Source: an uncultured Gemmatimonadota bacterium | GTDB taxonomy: Bacteria > Blakebacterota > Blakebacteria > Blakebacterales > Blakebacteraceae | DNA: 64,000 bases | NCBI GenBank assembly: GCA_964576115.1 | Contig: CAZNUA010000001.1 | Location: forward strand, 124,001-188,000 | Direction: 5' to 3' | Part shown: positions 20,310 through 31,834 of the stretch, one piece after another | Position numbering within the stretch: position 1 is the first letter of the stretch | Layout: each line of letters starts with the position of its first letter | The notes under the pieces: generated by a model | Databases searched by the model: none | Told to the model about the DNA's origin: nothing | The model's input: the letters and a program-made list of their open reading frames with translations, nothing else | Position numbers and translations under genes: made by a program

Positions 20310-21494
20310 ATGGCGCAGCATACCATCGTCGCGATGCCCGGGGACGGTATCGGTGCGATCGTCCTCCCCGAGGCGATCCGGGTTCTGGAAGCGGCCGGTT
20401 TCGCGGCCGGATACGTCCATGGGGACATCGGCTGGGAGTTCTGGCGCACCGAGGGTAATGCCCTGCCCGAGCGTACCGTCGACCTGCTGGCCGAGCACAA
20501 GGTCGGGCTCTTCGGGGCCATCACCAGTAAGCCGAAGAACGAGGCGGCGGCAGAACTCGACCCCGCCCTGCACGATCAGGGGTACGTGTACTACTCCCCG
20601 ATCGTAGGGCTGCGGCAGCGCTTCGACCTGGACATCTCGATCCGCCCCTGCCGTTCCTTCGCGGGCAACCTGCTCAACTTCGTCCGGCGTTCGGCGGGGG
20701 GCGCGTGCGAGGAGCCCGAGGTGGACGTGGTCGTCTTCCGGCAGAACACCGAAGGGCTTTACTGCGGGGTGGAATGGACCGATCCGCCGGCTGCGGTGCG
20801 GGCCGCCTTCGAATCGCACCCCAAATTCGCTCCCTTCGCCACCGCCCCGGGAGCCGACCTGGCCATCTCGAGCCGCATCTTCACCCGCGGGGCCTGCCGC
20901 CGGATCATGGAGGAAGCTTTCTCCTACGCCCGGACTCACGGTTATCGCTCGGTGACGGTGTGCGAGAAACCGAACGTCATCCGGGAGACCTCGGGGATGC
21001 TCGAGCACGAGGCCCGCGAGGTGGCCGCCGAGTACGCCGATATCGCGCTGTGGTCGACCAACATCGACGCCCAGACAATGTGGCTGACCAAGAATCCCGA
21101 GGATTACGGCGTCATCGTGTCGGGGAACATGTTCGGCGATATCATTTCAGACGCTTTCGCCGGTCTGGTCGGGGGCCTGGGATTTGCCGCCTCGTCCAAC
21201 GTGGGACGGGAAGTGGCGGTCTTCGAACCCACCCACGGCTCGGCCCCCAAGTACGCCGAGCTCGAGCCGAGTATCGTCAACCCGATCGCCATGATCCTGG
21301 CCGCCGCCATGATGCTCGACCATCTCGGCGAAACCGGAACGGCCGACGCGGTGCGGGCGGCGGTCGGCCGGGTTGTTTCCGAAGGCAGAATCAGAACCTA
21401 CGACATGTGCAAGATCCCCGGCGGAGCCGGGGTGATCGAACAGGGTGCGGCGACAACGAAGCAGATGACCGACGCCGTCATCGACGCCCTCTGA
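20310..21494 (+). CDS. Beta-decarboxylating dehydrogenase (isocitrate/isopropylmalate family), homoisocitrate-dehydrogenase-like
   Basis: PGDGIG, YYSPIVGLR, RQNTEGLY, NMFGDIISD, FEPTHGSAPKY, NPIAMIL. Confidence 0.92.
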   Translation: MAQHTIVAMPGDGIGAIVLPEAIRVLEAAGFAAGYVHGDIGWEFWRTEGNALPERTVDLLAEHKVGLFGAITSKPKNEAAAELDPALHDQGYVYYSPIVGLRQRFDLDISIRPCRSFAGNLLNFVRRSAGGACEEPEVDVVVFRQNTEGLYCGVEWTDPPAAVRAAFESHPKFAPFATAPGADLAISSRIFTRGACRRIMEEAFSYARTHGYRSVTVCEKPNVIRETSGMLEHEAREVAAEYADIALWSTNIDAQTMWLTKNPEDYGVIVSGNMFGDIISDAFAGLVGGLGFAASSNVGREVAVFEPTHGSAPKYAELEPSIVNPIAMILAAAMMLDHLGETGTADAVRAAVGRVVSEGRIRTYDMCKIPGGAGVIEQGAATTKQMTDAVIDAL

Positions 21495-21520
21495 GGGAAC
21501 CAGCATCCGGGAGGTCCGTC

Positions 21521-22105
21521 ATGATCGAAGCCGAAGATATCAGGGAACTGTTCGCCGATCTGCTCACGGAAATCACCGCCGAGGACCTGCGCGAGAAGGT
21601 CATCGCGGCCTGGGTTCTGGCCTGTGCCGAGGGGGGGTGGGAGGATCTCGAACAGGTACGCACGATGCCCTTCACCCTGCTGACCGACTGCGGCGGGATC
21701 GGTTTCGTGGAGCACACCGTGGCCGTGACCCGGGGGGCGCTTGGTCTGGCCGAGGCCCAGCAGGCGGCTTACGACCGTCTGCCCTATGCGATCGATCGCG
21801 ACCGGTTGATCGCCGGCGGGCTGCTGCACGATGTGGGCAAGCTGCTCGAGATCGAACCCGACTCATCGGGGGGCTACCGCAAGAGTCATAAGGGGCGCTG
21901 CACCCGCCACCCGATCAGCGGTACCGTCGTCGCCGCCCGGGTCGGACTGGGACCGGAGGTGCAGAACAGCATTGCCTGTCATTCGAAAGAAGGTGACGGC
22001 CGGCCGAAAACGGTCGAGACGATCTTCATCCACCAGGCCGACTTCGCCACCTTCGATCCCCTCACCGCCCGGGCCGCCGGCACGCTGATCGAGGGTAAAG
22101 ACTGA
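21521..22105 (+). CDS. HD-domain metal-dependent phosphohydrolase
   Basis: VEHT...LLHDVGK...RHPISG...ACH...HQAD; GGAGG before ATG 21521. Confidence 0.88.
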   Translation: MIEAEDIRELFADLLTEITAEDLREKVIAAWVLACAEGGWEDLEQVRTMPFTLLTDCGGIGFVEHTVAVTRGALGLAEAQQAAYDRLPYAIDRDRLIAGGLLHDVGKLLEIEPDSSGGYRKSHKGRCTRHPISGTVVAARVGLGPEVQNSIACHSKEGDGRPKTVETIFIHQADFATFDPLTARAAGTLIEGKD

Positions 22106-23971
22106 TGGGCAGGACCGTCATCGAGCAGATCATCGCCGCACATACCGGCGACGCGGTCACCCCCGGCGCCGTGGTGGAACTGGCGATCGATCTGCGGGTG
22201 GCGCGCGACTTCGGCGGTGCCAACGTGGTGGCCAATCTCGAGGAACACGACCTGCGGCTGGCCGATCCGGAGCGCACCGCTTTCACCTTCGACTGCAATC
22301 CGACCGGCTCGGACCAGGGGTATGCCGCCAACCAGCAGCGCTGCCGCGACTTCGCCCGCCGGAACGGGGTCAGGATCTTCGACATCAACCGGGGAATCGG
22401 CACCCACCTGGTGATCGAAGAGGGGCTCGTCGCTCCCGGCTCGACCTTCGTCTCGACCGATTCGCACGCCAATATCATGGGAGCAGTAGGCGCCTTCGGC
22501 CAGGGCATGGGCGACCTGGACATCGCTCACGCTTTTGCCCGCGGTTCGGTCTGGTTCCGGGTGCCGCCGACAGTACGGGTGCACCTGACGGGCGAACCCT
22601 CGCCGGTGGCCGCGGCCAAAGACCTGACCCTGGCCCTGGTGCGTCATTTCGGTTCGAAGGGTCTGCTCGGCCGGGCGGCCGAGGTCTCGGGTCCGGCGAT
22701 CGAGGCTCTCGACCTGGCCGGACGCATCACCCTGGCCTCGATGGCCACCGAGATGGGCGCCATCATCCTCTTTCCCCTCCCTTCTGCCGCGGCCGAGGCC
22801 GAACTGGCCGCCTGGACGGATCAGGAACGCACCTGGCCCCGGCCCGAGGCGGGAGCGGCCTACGAAACCGAAGTCGAGATCGACGTCGAGGGGCTCGAAC
22901 CGCTCGTGAGCCGGCCGGGCCATCCCGATGACGTCGTGCCGGTCAGCGAGGTCGAAGGCGAACCAATCGGCTCGGTCTTCATCGGCTCGTGCACCAACGG
23001 CCGGCTGGCCGATCTGGCTGCGGCGGCCCGGATCGTGAGCGATCATCCCCCGGCCGACGGGGTGATCGTCAAGGTGGTGCCCGCCACCGACCGGGTCTGG
23101 CGCGAAGCGCTGGCCGGCGGCCTCGTCGAAACGTTCAAGCAGGTCGGCGCCCTGTTGAGCAATGCCGGCTGCGCCGGCTGCGCCGCCGGTCAGGTGGGAC
23201 AGACCGGACCGGGGGAGGTCACCCTATCGACCGGCAACCGGAATTTTCCCGGCAAGCAGGGGCTGGGTTCGGTCTGGCTGGCCTCGCCGGCCACCGCGGC
23301 CGCCTCGGCCGCGGCCGGTTTCATTACCGGAGTCGACCGGCTGGCCGCGGCCCTCGAACGGCCGGCCGTGCAGAGAGCCGCCGAGCCTGTGGCCCCGATC
23401 ATCGCCGAGCCGGCCGCCCGGCGTCCTGTCTCCTCCGCTCAGGCGGCGCAGGCTCCGGCCGCCGACAGAGCCCTGGTCGTCGAGGGGCGCGTCTGGATCC
23501 TGGAGACCGATTCGGTGGATACCGACATGATCTACCACAACCGTCACCTGGCCGTGGTGGATATGCAGGAAATGGGACGATACGCCCTGGGGAACGTCCC
23601 GGGCTGGGAGGAGTTTCCTGAACGGGTTCGGCCCGGCGACATCCTGGTGACCGGAGCCAATTTCGGCGCCGGGAGCAGCCGGCAGCAGGCGGTGGATTGT
23701 TTCCGGGCGCTCGGAGTGGGAGCGATCATCGGCGCCAGTTTCGGAGCCATCTACGAACGCAACGCCGTCAACAGCGGTCTGGCCCTGCTGCAGGGCGATC
23801 TTCGCTCCGCGCTCACGGACGGAGACCGGGTGCAGGTCGATCTCAAAGAAGGTATCGTGGAGCGTATGAGCGACGGAGAACGATTCGCGGTCACCCCGAT
23901 GTCGGAGGTCCAGCTCCGCATCTACCGCCGGGGCGGCCTGCTGGCCGGTCCCGGAGCAGAACCGGACGAGC

Positions 23972-23979
<8 letters not shown>
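22105..23979 (+). CDS. Aconitase-family hydro-lyase, LeuC/HacA large plus LeuD/HacB small subunit fusion, atypical active site
   Basis: TDSHAN, FIGSCTNGR, GCAGC, STGNRNFPG, Ala/Pro linker, then DTDMIY and NFGAGSSRQQA swivel domain. Confidence 0.9.
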
Positions 23980-25233
<1,254 letters not shown>

Positions 25234-25237
<4 letters not shown>

Positions 25238-25731
25238 AGGTCTGGCGCTATGGCGACGACGTGAACACCGACCAGCTCTTTCCCGGCAAGTACACCTACA
25301 GCTGCTCCACCGCCGAAGACATCCTCCCCCACCTGCTCGAGGACCTCGACCCCGCTTTCGCCGCTGGCGTGCAGGCGGGTGACGTCATCGTGGCGGGGCG
25401 CAATTTCGGCTGCGGTTCGAGCCGCGAGCAGCCCGTCCTGGGACTCCGGGCCGCCGGCATCGCGGGCATCGTCGCCGAATCGTTCGCCCGGATCTTCTTT
25501 CGGGCGGCCGTCAACCAGGGCCTGGTCCTGATCGAATCCCCCGCAGCCGTCGGGGCCTGGGCAGAGGGGGACGAGATCATCCTCGATCCCGCCGGCGGCA
25601 TGGTGCGGGTGGGGACCGAAACCTTCCGGGTACCCCCCCTTCCCCCCCTGCTGCTCGAGATCAGGGAGGCGGGGGGACTCCTGCCGGCGGTCCGAGCCCG
25701 CCTGGCTGCAGAGAGGGACAGTGAATCATGA
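25234..25731 (+). CDS. 3-isopropylmalate dehydratase / homoaconitase-type small subunit
   Basis: VWRYGDDVNTDQLFPGKY, NFGCGSSREQP, SFARIFFR; ATGA overlap with upstream gene. Confidence 0.92.
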
Positions 25732-26993
25732 GCCGCACGACACAGGATATCGGCGAGGCCGGTCACCGGGGATCAGAGGTCCGCTCCGACTGCTGGATCA
25801 GGGTCGAACCGGGAGCCGGTCCCGGCGTGAAACTCACCAGCCGGGTCGAGGCCTTTTACGGAGAGAGTATCCGTGCCCTGATCGAAGCGGGGCTCACCGC
25901 GCTCGAGGTCCCCGACGCGGCGGTCACAATCGAGGACGGCGGAGCCCTGCCCTGGGTCATCGCCGCCCGTCTCGAGGCGGCGGTGCGGGCCGCCGGCGCC
26001 GGCGGTCCCGAGCCCTTTCTGCCCGAACGCACGGTCGAGCCGCGCCGCCCCGAACGGGATCGCTTCCGGCGATCCCGCCTCTACCTGCCGGGAAACACCC
26101 CGAAGTTCATGCTCAATGCCGCCCTGCACGCCCCCGACGGTATCATCCTCGACCTGGAAGATTCGGTTGCACCCGAGCGCAAGGCCGAGGCCCGCTACCT
26201 GGTCCGTAACGCTTTGCGGGCCCACGACTTCGGCGCCTGCGAGGTCATGGTCCGGATCAACCAGTCTCCCCTCGGACTGACCGATCTCGACATGATCGTT
26301 CCCGAAGGCCCCGAGCTGATCCTCATCCCCAAAGCCGAAGACGCCGCAGGAGTCCGTGAGGTCGCCGAAACCGCCGGCATCCTGGCCGTCAACGCGAACC
26401 AGCCCGCGCCTCTTCTGATGCCGATCATCGAAAGTGCCCGGGGAGCGTGGTTCGTCTACGAGATCGCCACCGCCCACGAACAGGTGGCGGCCCTCACCAT
26501 CGGTCTGGAGGATTACACCGCCGATCTGGGGGTCGAGCGCACCGCCGGGGGACGGGAATCGTTCTGGGCCCGCGCGCGGCTCGTCAACGCCGCCCGCGCG
26601 GCCGCAGTACAGGCCATCGACACCGTCTTCAGCGACGTGGACGACGCCGAGGGACTGCAGGCCAGTGTGGCCGAAGCCCGCGCTCTCGGTTTCGAGGGCA
26701 AGGGCTGTATCCATCCCCGCCAGATCGGAATCGTCCACCAGACCTTCGCCCCGGGACCGGAGGAGATCGACAAAGCGGTGGCGATCGTCCAGGCCTGGGA
26801 CGTGGCCCGGGAACGGGGCGAGGGAGTCGTAGCCCTGGGCAGCAAGATGATCGATCCCCCGGTGGTGGCACGGGCAGAGCGGATCGTGAAGCTGGCCCGG
26901 GCCCTCGACCTGATCGCAGACGCCCCCAGGGACGGTGGGCTCACCGCCGACGACGGCCGGGAGAGCGACACTGCTCACAGCAGGGAGGTCTGA
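25728..26993 (+). CDS. citE: Citrate-lyase ACP (CitD)-like domain fused to citryl-CoA lyase (CitE)-like domain
   Basis: N-terminal AG..RSDCWIRVEP, S.VEAFYGESI, IEDGGAL.WVIAARLE (CitD-like); then RRSRLYLPGN, ILDLEDSV, VMVRIN, PKAE, IES, GLEDY, AIDTV, GFEGKGCIHPRQ. Confidence 0.88.
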   Translation: MSRTTQDIGEAGHRGSEVRSDCWIRVEPGAGPGVKLTSRVEAFYGESIRALIEAGLTALEVPDAAVTIEDGGALPWVIAARLEAAVRAAGAGGPEPFLPERTVEPRRPERDRFRRSRLYLPGNTPKFMLNAALHAPDGIILDLEDSVAPERKAEARYLVRNALRAHDFGACEVMVRINQSPLGLTDLDMIVPEGPELILIPKAEDAAGVREVAETAGILAVNANQPAPLLMPIIESARGAWFVYEIATAHEQVAALTIGLEDYTADLGVERTAGGRESFWARARLVNAARAAAVQAIDTVFSDVDDAEGLQASVAEARALGFEGKGCIHPRQIGIVHQTFAPGPEEIDKAVAIVQAWDVARERGEGVVALGSKMIDPPVVARAERIVKLARALDLIADAPRDGGLTADDGRESDTAHSREV

Positions 26994-26995
26994 GG

Positions 26996-28558
26996 ATGCC
27001 GGAGACAGGAATTGCTCGCGTCGAGAACGTCCTCGGGCGAAGCGTACCCGAGAGCGTCAACGGTCGCGCCCGGGTTCCCTTTCAGGGGGTGGGGATTCAC
27101 CGCCCCGGGGGATACCGGACCGGACCGCCGATCCGCTCGTGTGCCGATTACCCCGTCGACGGCGACAAACGCGTACCCGATCTCGAGGCTGCACTCGAAG
27201 CCTGCGGTCTGGCCGACGGGATGACGATCAGCACCCACCACCATCTGCGCAACGGCGATACGATCGCCAACGCCCTCTTCGATACCGCCGCCCGTCTGGG
27301 GGTCAGGGATCTGATGTGGTTCCCCTCAGCATCCTTCCCCTGCCACGAACCGCTCATCGAGCATCTCGATTCGGGCGTCATCCATCACATCGAGGGGAGC
27401 ATGAACGGTCCTCTCGGGGATTACTGCTCGCAGGGACGGATGCGGGGCACGCATGTGCTGCGCTCTCACGGCGGCCGCTGGCAGGCAATCCAGGACGGCG
27501 AGGTGCATATCGATCTCGCCGTCATCGCCGCGCCGACCGCCGATCCCTTCGGTAACGCCCACGGGCTCACAGGACCGTCGGCGACCGGGGGGCTGGGTTT
27601 CGCCCTGGCCGACAGCCGCTATGCCGACCGGGTCGTCGTCGTAACCGACAATCCGGTCCCCTTCCCCGCCGTGCCGTGGCAGATCCAGGGGAACGACGTG
27701 GACTGCGTGGTCGAAGTCGAGAGTCTGGGGGATGCGTCTCAGATCATCTCGGGTACGACCCGGATCACCCGCAGTCCCGACCGCCTGCTGATCGCCGAGC
27801 AGGTGGCCCGCTTCGTGGCCGAAACGGGCATCATGCGCGAAGGCTTCAGTTTCCAGGCCGGTGCCGGCGGCACCGCTCTGGCCTTCACCATCTATCTGAA
27901 GGAGCTGATGCGCGAAGCCGGAGTGAAAGCCCGCTTCATACGCGGCGGCACGACCCGCTACCTGGTCGAGATGCTCGAGGAGGGCCTGACCGATTACCTG
28001 CTCGACGGTCAGACCTTCGATCTGGAAGCGGTGACGAGCATGGGCCGCAATCCCGGCCACGTCATGACCAGCCCCTTCACCTCCTATAACTACCACGGCA
28101 AGGGCAATTTCGCACCGCTGGTGGACGTGGTCGTGCTGGGTGCCACCGAAGTCGACACCGCTTTCAACGCCAACGTGGTCACCCACAGTGACGGTCGCCT
28201 CCTGCATGGCATCGGCGGCTGGCAGAACTGCCTGTTCGCCGGCTGTACCATTCTGGCCGTACCCACCATGCGCGACCGCATTCCGGTTATCGTGGACGAG
28301 GTCACGACCCTCTGCGCTCCCGGCGAACTCATCGATGTAGTGGCAACCGAACGGGGTATCGCCATCAATCCCCGCCGCCGTGACCTGCGCGAGGCCCTGG
28401 CCGGCTCATCGCTGCCGATCCGCGAGATCGAGGATATCCGCACCGAACTGGTGCAGATGTGCGGGGCGCCGCAAAAGCCCCGGCCGGAGGAGGAGATCGT
28501 TTCGGTGGTCACCTGGGTGGACGGCACCTTGCTCGACAGTATCCGCCGGGTGGAATGA
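26996..28558 (+). CDS. citF: Citrate lyase alpha subunit (citrate CoA-transferase)-like
   Basis: GLADGMTISTHHHLRNGD, LRSHGGR, FSFQAGAGG, LDGQTFD, LGATEVD..FNANV, PGELIDVVATERGIAINPRR, DGTLLD. Confidence 0.92.
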   Translation: MPETGIARVENVLGRSVPESVNGRARVPFQGVGIHRPGGYRTGPPIRSCADYPVDGDKRVPDLEAALEACGLADGMTISTHHHLRNGDTIANALFDTAARLGVRDLMWFPSASFPCHEPLIEHLDSGVIHHIEGSMNGPLGDYCSQGRMRGTHVLRSHGGRWQAIQDGEVHIDLAVIAAPTADPFGNAHGLTGPSATGGLGFALADSRYADRVVVVTDNPVPFPAVPWQIQGNDVDCVVEVESLGDASQIISGTTRITRSPDRLLIAEQVARFVAETGIMREGFSFQAGAGGTALAFTIYLKELMREAGVKARFIRGGTTRYLVEMLEEGLTDYLLDGQTFDLEAVTSMGRNPGHVMTSPFTSYNYHGKGNFAPLVDVVVLGATEVDTAFNANVVTHSDGRLLHGIGGWQNCLFAGCTILAVPTMRDRIPVIVDEVTTLCAPGELIDVVATERGIAINPRRRDLREALAGSSLPIREIEDIRTELVQMCGAPQKPRPEEEIVSVVTWVDGTLLDSIRRVE

Positions 28559-28569
28559 GGAGGTGACAC

Positions 28570-31272
28570 GTGAGCGCTGAGAACAGGTCCGATCCTTTCG
28601 CGGGGCCCGATGCGCCCCTCAAGCTCGACCGCGAGGACGCACCCGAGATTCTGCAGCTCATTCTCGAGCAGAGCCGGGCCGCGATCTACCTGCTGGTCGG
28701 CAAGCAGTTCCCGATCATCAACCAGCGTTTTGAGGAACTCTTCGGGGTATCCCGCCGGGAGGCCAACTCACCCGAGTTCGATTTCATGGACCTGGTGGCC
28801 CCCGAGAGCCGACCCCTGATCGTCGAGCGGGCCGAAGCCTACGGCCGGGGCGAAGCGATCCCGAACGACTACGAGTTCACCGCCCTGACCGCCGAGGGCC
28901 GGCGGCTCGAAGTCTTCGCCAGTACCGTACGGGTGAGTTTTCGCGGTCAGGAAGGTACCCTGGGCATTCTACGCGACATCACCGCCCAGAAAGAGGCGGC
29001 CGAAGCCCTGCGTGCCAGCGAAGAAAAATACCGCACCCTGGTGGAAAGGGCCAACGACGGGATCGTCATTCTGCAGGGGGATACGATCGCCTTCGCCAAC
29101 AGCCAGGCCGCCGCCCTGACCGGTTTCGACGTCGAAGAACTGCCCGGCCGATCGTTCGTCGAAGCCATCCCGCCCGAGTATCGTGACACCCTCATCGGCC
29201 GGTACACCGAGCGGCTCGACGGTGAAAGAGTCCCAGCCCTGTACGAGACCGAAATCCTGCACCGCGATGGCACCCGCATCCCGGTCGAGGTCAACGCCGG
29301 TCGCATATCCTACGGTAGCCAGCCCGCCGATATGATCATCCTGCGCGACCTGACATCCCGCCGCGAGGCCGAGGCCCGGCTGCGGGAATCGGAAGCGGAG
29401 CGGGCCATGATCCTCGATTCCGTGAACGAGTTGATCGCCTTCCAGGACACCGAGCTACGGATCGTCTGGGCCAACCGGACGGCTATCGAATCAGCTGGCT
29501 TGACAGCCGAGGAAATCATCGGCCGGCACTGCTACGAGATCTGGCCCGGCAGCTCGGAGCCATGCGAAAACTGTCCGGTCGAGAGAGCGATGGCCACGGG
29601 CCGGTCCGAGAAGCAGGAGATCACGACCCCCGACGGCCGGGTGTGGTTCATCCAGGGAGCGCCGGTCATCGACGAAGACGGGACCGTCACCGGGGCGGTC
29701 GAGACCACGCTGGAGATCACCGACCTGCGGCGGGCCGAGGAAGCCCTGCGGGAGAGCGAGACCAGTCTGCGCACCCTTTTCGAGACGATGGTCGAGGGAG
29801 TGGCCTGGGTTACCCCCGACGGTGGTTTTGTGCGGGCCAATCAGGCCGCCGAGGAAATTCTTCGTCTAGAAAAATTGCCTGACGGCAACGTGTATGACAC
29901 CCCCCGCTGGGAGCTGATCGGCGAGGATGAACTCCCGCTCGAGGAGAACCAGAACCCCTGCCTTCTCGCCTGCTCCGGCACCGAACCGATCAAGAACATG
30001 CTCGTCGGCGTCCGGCATCCGGAAGGGGACCTGACCTGGATCAACCTGAGCATCACCCCGGTCAGCGACGGCGCGGGTGCCATCCAGGCCAGCGTTTGGA
30101 CTTTCTTCGATGTAACCGAGCGCAAACTGCTCGAACGCCAGCTCTTTCAGTCGCAGAAGATGGAGGCGGTCGGTCGCCTGGCCGGCGGAATCGCCCACGA
30201 TTTCAACAACATCCTGACCGTCATCTCGGGCAACGCCCAGCTCGGGATCATGCGCCTGAAAGAAGCCGATCCCCTGGGCGAACGCCTGCAGACCATCCTG
30301 CAGGCGGCCGGTCATGCCGAAGATCTGACCCGCCGGTTACTGGCCTTCAGCCGCCGGCAGATCACCTCGCCCCGCACTCTCGATCTGAACGAGATCCTCG
30401 AAGGCCTGCAACCGATGCTCGAACGCCTGCTGGGCGAGGACGTCAAAGCGATCTTCGATCTGACCGAGGAGCGGGGAGCGGTCACCTTCGACCCCACCCA
30501 GCTGGAGCAGATGCTGGTCAACCTGGTCGTCAACGCCCGCGATGCAATGCCGGAAGGGGGCACTCTCACGATCGGCACCGGGATCACCACCCTGGACGCC
30601 GCCTATGCCCGGATCCACCCGTACGTCGAGCCGGGGCAATATGTCTTTGTGGCGGTCAGCGATACCGGAACCGGTATGACCGAGGATATCAAAGACCACA
30701 TCTTCGAACCCTTTTTCACTACCAAGGAAGACGGCACCGGTCTCGGGCTGGCCACGGTCTACGGCATCGTGAAGCAGAGCGGCGGTTCGATCGAACTGGA
30801 GAGCACCACCGGCGAGGGCACTACCTTCACCATCTTTCTGCCCCTGGCCGACGAGACCCCGGAGAGTTACCGCCAGGAAGAGTTCCGGGCCGAGCTGCCC
30901 TGGGGATCGGAGACCATCCTGCTGGTCGAAGATGAAGAAGGAGTGCGCACCTTCGCCGCCGAGACGCTGGGGGAACTCGGGTACATCGTGCACGACTTCG
31001 CCGCCCCGGAGGACGCTCTCGCCTTCTGCCGAACGGGTGAGATACCCCTCGATCTCATCCTCTCCGACGTGGTCATGCCCGGTTCGAGCGGCAGCGAACT
31101 GGTTCAGGATATCCAGCAGTACCACCCCGACACACCCGTGCTGTACATGAGCGGCTACACAGACGACCACATCGTGCGCCAGGGCATCCTCGACGACGAT
31201 GTCGAGTTCATTCCCAAGCCCTTCACGCCCTACGATCTGGCGCGGCGGGTGCGGGATATCCTGGACGATTGA
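28570..31272 (+). CDS. Hybrid sensor histidine kinase (four PAS domains, HisKA, HATPase, receiver)
   Basis: Repeated PAS ends (RDITAQK, RDLTSRR, EITDLRR, DVTERK), QSQKMEAVGRLAGGIAHDFNNIL, NARDAM, GTGLGL, receiver LVEDE/SDVVMPG/KPF. Confidence 0.95.
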   Translation: MSAENRSDPFAGPDAPLKLDREDAPEILQLILEQSRAAIYLLVGKQFPIINQRFEELFGVSRREANSPEFDFMDLVAPESRPLIVERAEAYGRGEAIPNDYEFTALTAEGRRLEVFASTVRVSFRGQEGTLGILRDITAQKEAAEALRASEEKYRTLVERANDGIVILQGDTIAFANSQAAALTGFDVEELPGRSFVEAIPPEYRDTLIGRYTERLDGERVPALYETEILHRDGTRIPVEVNAGRISYGSQPADMIILRDLTSRREAEARLRESEAERAMILDSVNELIAFQDTELRIVWANRTAIESAGLTAEEIIGRHCYEIWPGSSEPCENCPVERAMATGRSEKQEITTPDGRVWFIQGAPVIDEDGTVTGAVETTLEITDLRRAEEALRESETSLRTLFETMVEGVAWVTPDGGFVRANQAAEEILRLEKLPDGNVYDTPRWELIGEDELPLEENQNPCLLACSGTEPIKNMLVGVRHPEGDLTWINLSITPVSDGAGAIQASVWTFFDVTERKLLERQLFQSQKMEAVGRLAGGIAHDFNNILTVISGNAQLGIMRLKEADPLGERLQTILQAAGHAEDLTRRLLAFSRRQITSPRTLDLNEILEGLQPMLERLLGEDVKAIFDLTEERGAVTFDPTQLEQMLVNLVVNARDAMPEGGTLTIGTGITTLDAAYARIHPYVEPGQYVFVAVSDTGTGMTEDIKDHIFEPFFTTKEDGTGLGLATVYGIVKQSGGSIELESTTGEGTTFTIFLPLADETPESYRQEEFRAELPWGSETILLVEDEEGVRTFAAETLGELGYIVHDFAAPEDALAFCRTGEIPLDLILSDVVMPGSSGSELVQDIQQYHPDTPVLYMSGYTDDHIVRQGILDDDVEFIPKPFTPYDLARRVRDILDD

Positions 31273-31386
31273 CGGAAAGAATCTGAGGTGAAGACTTGAA
31301 CATCGTCGGGGGTATTACGTTACAATAGACTGCCGGCGGCACCGGAGCGAGCGACCCGCCGGTGATCCCCGTTGGGGAGAGTGTCT

Positions 31387-31683
31387 GTGAAGAGAACGTC
31401 GCGCATACTCTGGACAGTGGCTGTCAGCCTGGTCGTGATTTACGGCTCCGTCAGTACCCTGGTGCATCTATTCCACAACCACCACGATCTGGTCCAGCGC
31501 GACGACTGCCCCGCCTGCCTCTGGCAGCAGATGAGCCAGGATTCACATCCCGATGACGGGCTGGCAAACCAGATCGAAACCCCTCTCATGGTTGTGGCCC
31601 TGCTGCAGACTCCACTCCAGGACAGGGTTGCCACCGAACGAGACTTTTCCCCCGGCATCCAGCCTCGCGCCCCTCCCGCCTGA
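31387..31683 (+). CDS. DUF2946/CruR-like small protein; candidate RAPP ribosome-arrest leader
   Basis: Basic N-terminus plus hydrophobic segment, HLFHNHH, CPAC, C-terminal QPRAPPA-stop; GGGAGA before GTG 31387. Confidence 0.78.
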   Translation: MKRTSRILWTVAVSLVVIYGSVSTLVHLFHNHHDLVQRDDCPACLWQQMSQDSHPDDGLANQIETPLMVVALLQTPLQDRVATERDFSPGIQPRAPPA

Positions 31684-31834
31684 AACGACTGCCGAAACAG
31701 CACCTGACGAGTACAACAGCCGGCGGAACCAGACCGGCTCCTCCGGCGCCATCCTCCCCCGGCGACACCCGGCGCACTATCTGTCGGCTGTGCGGACCGG
31801 CGGGCGGGATGGAAAAACGTATAAGGAGAACCAC

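Noticed and set aside
31296-31326. MerR-type 19-bp-spacer promoter TTGAAC-N19-TACAAT before the RAPP ORF
   Set aside because: The -10 is plausible, but there is no dyad in the spacer and the -35 assignment is ambiguous.
31704-31714. CTGACGAGTAC shared with 62044-62054
   Set aside because: Shared 11-mers are expected by chance in 64 kb and the flanks are unrelated.
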